Assembly (NCBI GenBank): GCA_043804895.1
Contig: JAZDIN010000025.1
Span: 32,001 to 96,000, forward strand
Direction: 5' to 3'
From: Candidatus Altiarchaeota archaeon
GTDB lineage: Archaea; Altiarchaeota; Altiarchaeia; IMC4; SCGC-AAA252-I15
Length of the DNA: 64,000 bases
The notes under the pieces were generated by a model, which searched no databases, was not told the origin of the DNA, and worked only from the letters and a program-made list of their open reading frames with translations. Within the stretch, counting starts at the first letter, position 1, and every line of letters begins with the position of its first letter. The translations under genes were made by a program, and so were the position numbers. Shown piece after piece: positions 1 to 8,424 of this stretch.

Positions 1-619
1 GCTCCGGGTGCTTCATCGGGAGTTCTATCATCTCCCTCACCTTGCTGACCTCATCCTTCAGCCCGCCCACATCCTCATACCTTACGGTCGAGCCTGCAAG
101 CGTAGTCTGTGTGAGAGGTTTCGCCTTGACTTCAACCTCAGTCTGCTCTGTTACAATGACTGAGTCGCCAGGTTTCGTCGACCCGATTGTGAACGAGATA
201 GGCTGGTTCAAGACGGTAATGTAGAATATGTCCCCGCTCACGACAGGCCTTCCCATCAACACTCTCTGTTTGACGTAGATGGCGAAATCGTTCCCGAATT
301 TAATCTGCTGCTCGGTCGGCGCGACCACTATCTTCTTCGCAGGTTTAACATCTGCCCTTTTGATCTTTACTTTATCGCCTAGAGATGAGCCGGAGTTCTG
401 CCTTATGAGGCCGTCCATCTGTATTATTCCTCGGCCGTCGTGTTCCTGGTGGCTTTGCCATACTTTAGCGGTTGTCGTCCTCTTGCCTGTTATCTCTATG
501 ATATCTCCTGTTGTGACGTCTATTTTCCTGGCTGATTCCGAGTCTATTCTCACTATGCCGCGGTTGACGTCGTTTTGCATCGCCTCCGCGACCTTCAATT
601 CTATGTCTCGTTCAGCCAT
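1..619 (-). CDS. cdc48: CDC48/VCP family AAA+ ATPase, N-terminal part (runs off window start)
   Basis: Not in ORF track. Manual translation from ATG 619: MAERDIELKVAEAMQNDVNRGIVRID...VRYEDVGGLKDEVSKVREMIELPMKHPE, i.e. CDC48 N-domain leading into D1. TATA-like TTTAAATG at 649-642. Confidence 0.92.
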   Translation of the reverse strand, partial: MAERDIELKVAEAMQNDVNRGIVRIDSESARKIDVTTGDIIEITGKRTTTAKVWQSHQEHDGRGIIQMDGLIRQNSGSSLGDKVKIKRADVKPAKKIVVAPTEQQIKFGNDFAIYVKQRVLMGRPVVSGDIFYITVLNQPISFTIGSTKPGDSVIVTEQTEVEVKAKPLTQTTLAGSTVRYEDVGGLKDEVSKVREMIELPMKHPE

Positions 620-729
620 GGTACATATATTGCGCATGTAGCATTTAAATACTTTGTGATTACTGATTGGTTAGAACGTATATCAAGAATCTGTCAACAA
701 AACCCAGTCAGTTAATATGACTTAAGATT

Positions 730-832
730 AGAAGAAGGGGTTGGGGCAGGACTTTGGGGGTGTCCTTTTGAATTGGTGTTCTTCTCTACTAGGGGGGTGA
801 GAAGGAAACGTCCATCACAATACCCCAACCTC
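730..832 (-). ncRNA. Candidate structured small RNA (three-way junction)
   Basis: 737-746 pairs with 823-832, enclosing hairpins 748-766 and 779-806. Minus-strand TATA-like TTAAATAT at 862-855. Confidence 0.45.
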
Positions 833-1082
833 AACCATAATTTAGCCTGTCGAGATATTTAATCTAAATAGATTTCAACGGTTCCTATGCCATAAAACCC
901 GCGTGTTTCAGTCAAATAGCGTCGGAACTTACGACACTCACTAAAACTGTCCGCAAGTGCCATAATCTAAGGTATTTCATAGTCAACAGGTGGTTGTAAG
1001 ACCTGGAATAGAGGCAAAACAGATGCAAACCACTGGTTCCTACGTTTTTTCTTCATATAAACCACGGTTGCATACGCTATTT

Positions 1083-2246
1083 TCAGTTTTTCATGAACTC
1101 CCTAATGTAGACTGTGGCGTAGCTTCCCTTACCTAATCCAAAGTCGAAAACGACGTCACTACCTCCCACCTCAAACTTGAAGTCAGAGGCAACAGCGTGG
1201 CACTCCCTGTACTCCCCCCTGCTTGTAAGCTCACTCACCCCCCGCACCTTAAAGTCGCCAGAAACTATGCCATCAGACTCCAACACCCTGGCTGATATGT
1301 CATCAGCTTCGATGTTCAGCCCCACAAGCGGAAGAGTCTCAACAATCAAACCCCTCCTAATGCACTCGCTGAGCGCCCGGTTGAACACATACCCCTGGTA
1401 GGCGTGGACGAACATCTTCTGCAGAGTCCTGGGCATGGTCAAGATTGCTCCAATCCAGTCGCCGCTATACTGGACAAGGTGGTTGAGCATCGCCTTCTCA
1501 TAGCCGAGGCTCGTTGGGAACTCCCTCAAGGCTGTATTGAAGTCACGAGTCCTGGCAAGATCATCCCTCAAATTCCGAATTCCCTCATCCTCAGCCGGGA
1601 AAGACTTGCTAAGATAGCACATCACAGCACCCTCAAAATTCCCCCTCAAAATGTGTAATCCAACCTCATGAGTCACAGGCCGAACCTCGCCGAATCTTTG
1701 CATGCCGTAGTAGTTCGGGAATCCACTTGTAAGCTCAGAGGCCACGGCATCGATGCCTTCCCCCGCACCCTCGCAAACGTCGCGGACCCTTACAGTAAAC
1801 ATGTTGCCTTGCAAGGAACCCAACCCTATGTTCTCGTCGCTGTAGCAGAAATCCTTGAGCCTTATGTCCTTGATGTCAACTTCCTTCAGCCTCTCGACGG
1901 GCACCTTATACGCACTCACGCGCTGCGCAGTGATGGCCCTCCGATCCTTCGTCCCTGCGAACGCGAACCTGTTCCTGCTAACACCAACCCTCTTTGAAAT
2001 CTCCTTGACGGCTCTCATGGTGTCCCAATTCTCCTTCACGAGTGTGAAATGCGTGTAGTCTCCGGGAATCAAATCCCCGTCAACATCACCACCCAAATCA
2101 AGAACCAGACCCTCGGGTGTGACCTCTCTTACGACAAAATCTCCAACCTCTTCCTTAAGCGTCCCACCAATACCAGGGCTTCCGCTGCCATACTTCTCCA
2201 AGCCTACATACGCCTCATTGGCTGGCGGTTTTATTGGCGCCATCAC
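1083..2246 (-). CDS. truD: tRNA pseudouridine(13) synthase TruD
   Basis: DFVVRE, FAGTKDRRAITAQ, GNMFTV, FPNYYGMQRFG and KGSYAT motifs. Confidence 0.93.
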   Translation of the reverse strand: MMAPIKPPANEAYVGLEKYGSGSPGIGGTLKEEVGDFVVREVTPEGLVLDLGGDVDGDLIPGDYTHFTLVKENWDTMRAVKEISKRVGVSRNRFAFAGTKDRRAITAQRVSAYKVPVERLKEVDIKDIRLKDFCYSDENIGLGSLQGNMFTVRVRDVCEGAGEGIDAVASELTSGFPNYYGMQRFGEVRPVTHEVGLHILRGNFEGAVMCYLSKSFPAEDEGIRNLRDDLARTRDFNTALREFPTSLGYEKAMLNHLVQYSGDWIGAILTMPRTLQKMFVHAYQGYVFNRALSECIRRGLIVETLPLVGLNIEADDISARVLESDGIVSGDFKVRGVSELTSRGEYRECHAVASDFKFEVGGSDVVFDFGLGKGSYATVYIREFMKN

Positions 2247-2258
2247 ATAATATTCTAC

Positions 2259-2543
2259 ATGGCATTAAATGAGCTTCAAAGAGAGGTCGCCTCCTATGAC
2301 GTCAGGTTCGGATGGACTCATGACAAGCCTGAAGAGACTGTCCTGCACATGCAGGAGGAAGTCGGTGAAATCTCGCGGAACATGCTCGCCATGCTGAAAT
2401 ACAAGAAGCAGAAATACGACAGAGAGGAGATGAACGACGAAATCTCAGACCTACTCTACCTCACCCTAAAATTAGGAAACTTACTCAAACTAAACCTTGA
2501 CGACGGCTGGGCGAGGATTGGAAGAAGATACAAGACAAAATGA
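2259..2543 (+). CDS. MazG-like nucleotide pyrophosphohydrolase
   Basis: EEVGE and DEISDLL motifs. Likely start is ATG 2259 (MALNELQ). Stop overlaps the trpS start (ATGA). Confidence 0.8.
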   Translation: MALNELQREVASYDVRFGWTHDKPEETVLHMQEEVGEISRNMLAMLKYKKQKYDREEMNDEISDLLYLTLKLGNLLKLNLDDGWARIGRRYKTK

Positions 2544-3646
2544 ATGCGCTCGACCCATGGACTGTGCGGGAGGTAGGTGACTACGATAAGCTGATGAAGG
2601 ATTTCGGCATAGAGTCGTTCGAAAAATACGGGACAAAGTTTGACACATTCAGGTACGTCCGCCGTGGCATAATATTCGGACACCGCGACTTCCAGCGTAT
2701 TGTCAGCGCAATCGATGCGAAGAAACCATTCGCGATGATGACCGGACTCATGCCCTCAGGTCCACTTCACTTCGGCCATAAGATGGTGGCTGACGAGATG
2801 ATATGGTTCCAGAAGCAGGGGGCAGATACTTTCATCTGCGCTGCAGACACTGAAAGCTACCTGATGAGGGACATAGGATTCAACGAGGCAAGGCGCATAG
2901 CAACCGAGGAATACCTGACCAACTACCTGGCACTCGGCCTGAAGGTGCGGAAGCTGCACTTCTGGTTCCAGAGCGACTACATCAGCGAATACTACCGTCT
3001 CAGGGACATGGCATCCAAGAGGGTCACTTTCAACGAACTACAGGCCATATACGGGGAGCTATCCCCTGGGAAGATAATATCGGTTCTCACCCAGGTTGCT
3101 GACATACTCCACCCGCAGCTTGAACAATTCGGAGGCCCGAAGCCAGTAGTGGTGCCCGTTGGCATTGACCAGGACCCTCACATACGGCTGACACGGGATA
3201 TAGCCTCAAGGCTTAACGCAACAAGAGAAGACGGCAAAGCCGACCTCACATGCATCCCCCCCTCATCCACATACCACAAGTTCATGGCGGGACTTCAGGG
3301 CGGCAAGATGAGCTCATCGGATCCGAAGAGCCACATAGCGTTGAACGAGAGCCCGGAGTCAGCGAAGAAGAAGATAATGTCAGCCAAGACTGGGGGGAGA
3401 GCAACAGTAGATGAGCAGAAGAGGCTCGGAGGCGAACCAGGAAACTGCATGATTTACGAGCTATACCTCTACCACCTAATAGAAGACGACCTAGAGCTCA
3501 GCAGGGTATACCACGAGTGCAAGGAGGGGAAACTCCTATGCGGCGAAGATAAAAGACGATGCGCTGAGCTCATGGAAAAATTCCTCACAAAACACCAGAA
3601 GAAGATTGCCTCAGCACGGAAAAAGGCAGAGAAGCTGATAAGATGA
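2540..3646 (+). CDS. trpS: Tryptophanyl-tRNA synthetase (archaeal type)
   Basis: PSGPLHFGH (HIGH-like), GIDQDPH and KMSSS motifs. Confidence 0.96.
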   Translation: MNALDPWTVREVGDYDKLMKDFGIESFEKYGTKFDTFRYVRRGIIFGHRDFQRIVSAIDAKKPFAMMTGLMPSGPLHFGHKMVADEMIWFQKQGADTFICAADTESYLMRDIGFNEARRIATEEYLTNYLALGLKVRKLHFWFQSDYISEYYRLRDMASKRVTFNELQAIYGELSPGKIISVLTQVADILHPQLEQFGGPKPVVVPVGIDQDPHIRLTRDIASRLNATREDGKADLTCIPPSSTYHKFMAGLQGGKMSSSDPKSHIALNESPESAKKKIMSAKTGGRATVDEQKRLGGEPGNCMIYELYLYHLIEDDLELSRVYHECKEGKLLCGEDKRRCAELMEKFLTKHQKKIASARKKAEKLIR

Positions 3647-4452
3647 AGTATTTCATAAGCCTGACCTTCCTGTCATCAACCTACCTCCTAACCCTAATAT
3701 TGGGACTCAACACCGCAGCATTCATACTACCCTTAATGTATCCGCCGGAGGGGCAGGAGCAGGTGATAGCGCCGGTAGTCTCAAACCCAGAGAGCATGGG
3801 GTCGTCGCTGCAACTATTCCTCTACATAATAATCGGGACAGCCGTGATGCTCATCCTCATAAAGAAGAAACTCAACATAATCATACAGGCTGCAGTAGGC
3901 TTCTCCCTTCTGATCGGCACGCTCTTCACATACTCAGCAATCTTCGGCGACCTAGCGCTGCTGCTCACACCCCTAAGCCTGATACTCGCCTACCTGAAAC
4001 GCGACACAATAGTGGCCAACAACATGCTCCTCACATTCGGAATAGCGGGCATAGGCTCGCTCCTTGGCGCATCCCTCGGGATACTCCCAGCCCTCGCGCT
4101 CATACTGATAATGTCAGCATACGACCTAATCGCAGTATTCGTCACAAAACACATGGTAACCCTCGCAAAGGAAAGCCAAGGGAAATTCACCCTCATGTTC
4201 ACCATACCCGTCGGAGACAGGGCCATACACCTCGGCGCAGGCGACATAGCAATACCCCTCACATTCTCAGCCTCAGTACTGGCCGCCAAAGGCGCAGGCT
4301 ACGCAATACCAACCGCACTCGGCGGCCTACTCGGCCTCATAGCCCTCTTCTACTACATACTCGGAAGAGAGAAGGTAACACTCCCAGCACTACCACCGAT
4401 AACGGCAGGACTAATATTCGGCTACGCATTATGCCTCCTGACACTCGGATGA
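3643..4452 (+). CDS. Presenilin/SPP-family intramembrane aspartyl protease
   Basis: Polytopic membrane protein with YD (SAYDL), GxGD (LGAGD) and PAL (LPALP) motifs. Confidence 0.9.
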   Translation: MKYFISLTFLSSTYLLTLILGLNTAAFILPLMYPPEGQEQVIAPVVSNPESMGSSLQLFLYIIIGTAVMLILIKKKLNIIIQAAVGFSLLIGTLFTYSAIFGDLALLLTPLSLILAYLKRDTIVANNMLLTFGIAGIGSLLGASLGILPALALILIMSAYDLIAVFVTKHMVTLAKESQGKFTLMFTIPVGDRAIHLGAGDIAIPLTFSASVLAAKGAGYAIPTALGGLLGLIALFYYILGREKVTLPALPPITAGLIFGYALCLLTLG

Positions 4453-4559
4453 ACTGAAATGTTGCCTTAAAATGCCCGTCTATCACACTCATATCAAATC
4501 TACACTAAAAAAAATTAGCCTCTTTTATACAAAGACAACGTATAAACTACCCGTTATAA

Positions 4560-4704
4560 AGCGGGGTTGAGCAGTCAGGAGTGCTCGTCGGACGCGCAAG
4601 AGGAACATTTGCTCGGTGCGGGCGAAGCTCATAAGAGGTACGTCCTCATGAGGAACGCACTCTAAGACACCCGAAGGTCGGTAGTTCAAATCTACCCCCC
4701 GCTA
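4560..4704 (+). tRNA. Initiator tRNA-Met(CAT) with two introns (4592-4626 at position 30/31; 4634-4668 at 37/38)
   Basis: Removing both 35-nt segments gives a 75-nt cloverleaf AGCGGGGTTGAGCAGTCAGGAGTGCTCGTCGG/GCTCATA/ACCCGAAGGTCGGTAGTTCAAATCTACCCCCCGCTA with A1-U72 and three G-C pairs in the anticodon stem. Both introns show BHB-like geometry. Confidence 0.92.
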
Positions 4705-5423
4705 TTTCTTATCTCTAGTTTGGACAGCATATCTACCCTCTCTCTAAGTGACATACGTTTCGGACAGTAACCGAGTCTTTTCCATAATAAATATTTTGTT
4801 TTGTGTTTCGGATTATTAAAGCCAATCATACTGGCCCACTCTTCTAGTTGCTCTTTACCATTAATCTGAATTCTAACAACTTTATCTGAATAAATTCGTG
4901 GGGCTAACATGATATCAAACCCAGATTGTACTAGCATATTGATAAATTGATTACGCATAGGAGACGGTAGCATCTTGATTTCAAGCCTTGGGTAATAATG
5001 TCTATCCGTATGTTGCTTATCAAACACTAAACAGCCATCAGTGTCAAAAAGACCACGCATAAAATCTCGTTCAAGATTTTCAGTCGTTATAAACTCAGGA
5101 ATACTTGCATTATCCCTTTTTGGGGCAGGTTTTAACCCTAAACTAATCAGCGAATAGTAATATTCTCTACCAAATAGTAGCAACTCCACTACTCTCTCGG
5201 TGGTTTTAAACCTAAGTAGTGGCTCTTTTTTGAATACTCGCTCCATCAAAGGAGAAACAAAGTTCATAATATACGGTAAATCTTCATCCGAGTCACATGT
5301 TATCTTAACTCTATACTGGGTTTTTATCCCCTTTTCAGAATGACATTTGTACTTACCAAGTGATCCATCCCCCAACAGTATCCCAATAAACTCTGCTATT
5401 TCCTCAGTCCACTCAAAGATCAT
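4692..5423 (-). CDS. Free-standing two-motif LAGLIDADG endonuclease-like protein
   Basis: IAEFIGILLGDGS and FMRGLFDTDGC motifs. Visibly AT-richer than neighbours. Stop codon lies inside the tRNA-iMet gene. Confidence 0.88.
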   Translation of the reverse strand: MIFEWTEEIAEFIGILLGDGSLGKYKCHSEKGIKTQYRVKITCDSDEDLPYIMNFVSPLMERVFKKEPLLRFKTTERVVELLLFGREYYYSLISLGLKPAPKRDNASIPEFITTENLERDFMRGLFDTDGCLVFDKQHTDRHYYPRLEIKMLPSPMRNQFINMLVQSGFDIMLAPRIYSDKVVRIQINGKEQLEEWASMIGFNNPKHKTKYLLWKRLGYCPKRMSLRERVDMLSKLEIRNSGG

Positions 5424-5550
5424 ATAACCTAACCTTGGTGGCTGGTCTAAAACAATTCACCCCTGAGTAAAGGAAAAGTAATCCCTCATCCTGCTGTAGT
5501 TAAAACTCTTCTGATTTTTATATCTCACTACCCTATATATTGGCTGCATT

Positions 5551-5706
5551 ATGGCTAAGTTTAAGGAGGCTGAGGTCAGGTTTTTTAAGGGCGTTTGCAT
5601 GAGTTGCAACGCTAAGAATCCTGTTGATGCCACCAAGTGCCGCAAGTGCGGGAAGGTTAACAGGATTAGGCGCAAGCGTAGGAAGAAGGCTGTCAGCGCA
5701 GCTTAA
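5551..5706 (+). CDS. rpl40e: 50S ribosomal protein L40e
   Basis: Below ORF-track cutoff. Manual translation: [51 protein letters not shown]. Confidence 0.92.
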   Translation: MAKFKEAEVRFFKGVCMSCNAKNPVDATKCRKCGKVNRIRRKRRKKAVSAA

Positions 5707-5782
5707 GGTATGTCCTGTACTACTCCTGTTTAATGTACTCTTTTTTAAGGCTCTACTGTCAGGTCAGATTAGGGTGGTCTAA

Positions 5783-6148
5783 TTGGCTGACAGGATGCTT
5801 TACGCGGCCTTGTTCGTCTCAGTATTGGGTTTGTTTTTGATTTCATTCATCTCTCCGTCGATTAAGCCTCCGCGTTCCAGCGTCTGTGATGTAACATCAT
5901 CCTCGCTTGAGAAGGTTGTCGTGGTAGGAGGCAACATCACAAGGGTTCATGAGTTCAAGGGCGGGAGTATGGCCTTGACTTTGTCTGACAGTGGTTGCGA
6001 CATTGAAGTCTACCTGTCATATGACGTTGCAGCATCACTCAACAGCACCACCCTACTTGGTAGGCGTGTGGAGTTGTCGGGGGTTGTGCAGATTTATCGG
6101 GGTAGGGTGGAGGTTGTGGTTGAGAAGCCTACTTTGGTGTTGAGATGA
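5783..6148 (+). CDS. Membrane-anchored OB-fold nucleic-acid-binding-like protein
   Basis: N-terminal hydrophobic helix followed by an OB-fold pattern (VVVGGNIT...LTLSDSGCDIEV...VELSGVVQIYRGRVEV). Confidence 0.7.
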   Translation: MADRMLYAALFVSVLGLFLISFISPSIKPPRSSVCDVTSSSLEKVVVVGGNITRVHEFKGGSMALTLSDSGCDIEVYLSYDVAASLNSTTLLGRRVELSGVVQIYRGRVEVVVEKPTLVLR

Positions 6149-6924
6149 TACGCGCGTCTGACCTTAGCAGGTTCACGTACTGTGCTCGCCTCATCTACCT
6201 ATACTCAGTGCTTGGCTTGGAAGAAGAAAAAACTCCAGAGCGGATTAGGGGCGTCGTAGGCCATGCAGTGAGGCGTGAATTGTCTATGAGGCAGGCTCGC
6301 CTATTGGGGGGTATTCGCTCAGAGGAGGATGTGTATCATATCCTGTGTATGGAGCTTGATTCAGCTTTCTCTGACCTGCCGTGCATATTTGCGCAGGAGT
6401 GGTCAGCACTGCATTCTATCTTAATACCTGAAGTCAAGGCTGAAGTGCTAGCTGAATTGGATACACTCCAGAAGGATTTGGAGGCTATGGTCGAGGACGT
6501 CGGCTTCGAGAGGGCATTGAAGATAGTCACCCCCTGGAGGATAGAATACAACCTGAAGTCCGACTCTCTGGGCCTTTCAGGCCGCGTTGACAAGATAATG
6601 TATAACAGTGGTCTGGTCCCAGTTGACATAAAGACCGGTGTTGCCTCTGAGTTGGGGTGGGAAAGCGACAGGATACAGTTGTGCGCCTACGGTATGCTCA
6701 TGGAAGACAAATTCAGCGGAAACATACCCTACGGTCTTTTAGAGTACACGAGAATTGCGAAGAGGAGGCCGGTCTTGTTCACAGAGGAACTGAGGCGACA
6801 GGTGTTTGACGCCCGTGACGGCGTTCAAGAAATCCTGGAGGGGGCGGCCCCAGACGTGTGCCCGCATGGTCAGCCGAGAAAATGTGAGTCATGCAATCTA
6901 AGGGATGAATGCTACAGGAATTAG
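6145..6924 (+). CDS. cas4: Solo Cas4-like PD-(D/E)XK nuclease with Fe-S cysteines
   Basis: N-terminal YC, GLSGRVD, PVDIKTG, QLCAY and C-terminal [11 protein letters not shown]. No other cas gene or array in the window. Confidence 0.82.
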   Translation: MIRASDLSRFTYCARLIYLYSVLGLEEEKTPERIRGVVGHAVRRELSMRQARLLGGIRSEEDVYHILCMELDSAFSDLPCIFAQEWSALHSILIPEVKAEVLAELDTLQKDLEAMVEDVGFERALKIVTPWRIEYNLKSDSLGLSGRVDKIMYNSGLVPVDIKTGVASELGWESDRIQLCAYGMLMEDKFSGNIPYGLLEYTRIAKRRPVLFTEELRRQVFDARDGVQEILEGAAPDVCPHGQPRKCESCNLRDECYRN

Positions 6925-7124
6925 TCCTTCTTCTTAGCCTTCTGCTTTATCTTCTTCGTGATGTATCCTGCGACCTTGTTCCTTATGCTCTTGCTCGTTA
7001 TGTCAGTGTAGTGTCCGACCTTCTTCTTGTTGTCCTGGAACTCTGACTTCGTGAAGGCGTCAGGATACTCCTTCAATAGCTTCTCCGCGATCCTCTTCAA
7101 GTACGTCTGCTTAATCCTACCCAT
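6921..7124 (-). CDS. rps17e: 30S ribosomal protein S17e
   Basis: [17 protein letters not shown]...[13 protein letters not shown]. Confidence 0.95.
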   Translation of the reverse strand: MGRIKQTYLKRIAEKLLKEYPDAFTKSEFQDNKKKVGHYTDITSKSIRNKVAGYITKKIKQKAKKKD

Positions 7125-7257
7125 TGTCTTACCATAACGCATTAGGGGTTTAAAAAAGCAAGATATCTGTTCCCTTCAGGAACAGCACCTGTCCTGGTAT
7201 GGTTTGGCAAATATCAGCTTATCAAACCAGCGGCTTCAGCCGCTGGTCGTTGATACC

Positions 7258-8100
7258 TCAGGTTAGCAGGTCAGTCAGCTTGACCTTCTTTTCAGGCCGC
7301 TTAATCCCCGGTTCTCCTTTTATCCCGCCAAGCTCCGCTGCCATTTTAACAGCATCGTCCAATCCACCTAACTCATCAACTAACCCCAGCTCCTTAGCCT
7401 CACTCCCCAGGTAAATCTTCCCCTGTGATATGTTACTGACGTAAGCCATGCTCAGGTTGCGGTTCTTTGCGACATCAGAAGTGAAACTGTAATAAACCTT
7501 ATCCATCATACCCTGCAACTCTCCCTTCTCCTCCTCTGTCATAGGCCTGTAAGGGCTTGCGATGTCCTTGCTATCACCTGCCTTCAGCACTGTGACGTTG
7601 ACGCCAATCTTGTCCATGAGTCCATAGTAGTGGGTGACCGGCATGATAACCCCTATGCTCCCAGTCATCGAATCCTCGTCAGCCATGACCTTGTCCGCTG
7701 CGGAGGCCGCATAGTACGCCCCTGAAGCTCCAATTTCCCCTATCCATGCAACGGTTGGTTTCTCAGTCTTCTTCACAGCCCTCATAAGCTCCCTTGACGC
7801 TACGACGTTTCCACCGCCTGAGTAAACGTCCAACACTATAGCCTTAACGTTGAAGTCACTTTCAGCCTCCTTAAGCTGGGACTTTATCTCATCAACGTCT
7901 GCGCAGCTTTCAGTGAATAGGATGCTAGTTGGGCAGCCGCCTAATGTGATCTCACCGTGGATTGGGATGATGGCAACATCCCCCCCTCCAATGGTGGGCA
8001 TGTCGAATCCGCTCATCAGGCCGGCCATGATGAAAGCTATGATAAGCACAAACAGCCCCAACACCCCGAAGGTCACAACAACCTTCCAAAAAGTCCGCAC
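7258..8100 (-). CDS. sppA: Signal peptide peptidase SppA (S49, short type)
   Basis: N-terminal TM; SGGG, ASGAYY and TGSIGV motifs. Probable GTG start at 8100 after GAGGTG. Confidence 0.9.
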   Translation of the reverse strand: MRTFWKVVVTFGVLGLFVLIIAFIMAGLMSGFDMPTIGGGDVAIIPIHGEITLGGCPTSILFTESCADVDEIKSQLKEAESDFNVKAIVLDVYSGGGNVVASRELMRAVKKTEKPTVAWIGEIGASGAYYAASAADKVMADEDSMTGSIGVIMPVTHYYGLMDKIGVNVTVLKAGDSKDIASPYRPMTEEEKGELQGMMDKVYYSFTSDVAKNRNLSMAYVSNISQGKIYLGSEAKELGLVDELGGLDDAVKMAAELGGIKGEPGIKRPEKKVKLTDLLT

Positions 8101-8140
8101 CACCAACACCTCTACAACTATAATACGCAAGGCCTATAAA

Positions 8141-8317
8141 GAGCTGACGCGTCAGCTCGCACCGAAATGAATTGTGCCTTCTCCAGAAGGCACGAATGCA
8201 TTATCACGCCCAGTGCTGTCGAGCGTTAGCGATGTGACCGAGATTTTTGTCTCGGACACACACCCGACGCTTTGCGTCGGTTGTGAGACAGCACCTTCGC
8301 GAGCCTTAGTAAGGCTC
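8141..8317. repeat. Cluster of inverted repeats/palindromes between tRNA-Gly and sppA
   Basis: Perfect 18-bp palindrome 8141-8158; hairpins 8174-8193, 8233-8260, 8264-8280 and 8301-8317; long-range pair 8213-8220/8287-8294. Confidence 0.85.
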
Positions 8318-8319
8318 TT

Positions 8320-8393
8320 TGCGACTGCCGGGATTTGAACCCAGGTCGCGAGATTGGCAACCTCGAGTGATAGCCAGACTACACTACAGTCGC
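8320..8393 (-). tRNA. tRNA-Gly(GCC)
   Basis: Reverse complement GCGACTGTAGTGTAGTCTGGCTATCACTCGAGGTTGCCAATCTCGCGACCTGGGTTCAAATCCCGGCAGTCGCA folds as a cloverleaf. No intron, no CCA. Confidence 0.95.
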
Positions 8394-8424
8394 GTTTTTT
8401 GTGGATTTAATATATGCACTGATC

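Noticed and set aside
42-641. Plus-strand ORFs 42-224 and 279-641
   Set aside because: Antisense shadows of cdc48. The same applies to most short ORFs lying opposite recognised genes, e.g. 11684-12256, 42022-42690 and 53023-53562.
4638-4659. Third, nested BHB intron inside tRNA intron 2 (GTAC/GAAC helix, GTC and GCA bulges)
   Set aside because: The central helix has a mismatch and the inner loop is only 2 nt. Not needed to explain the mature tRNA.
4692-5423. LAGLIDADG as part of an intein or intron
   Set aside because: No N-terminal Cys/Ser Hint block, no C-terminal HN motif and no interrupted host gene. It is antisense to the tRNA and outside its introns.
6145-6924. CRISPR-Cas locus around cas4
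   Set aside because: No repeat-spacer array and no cas1/cas2/effector genes seen in the window.
4692-8393. Integrated provirus/element bounded by tRNA att sites
   Set aside because: No integrase, no duplicated tRNA 3' end found by eye, and the interval holds core ribosomal protein genes.
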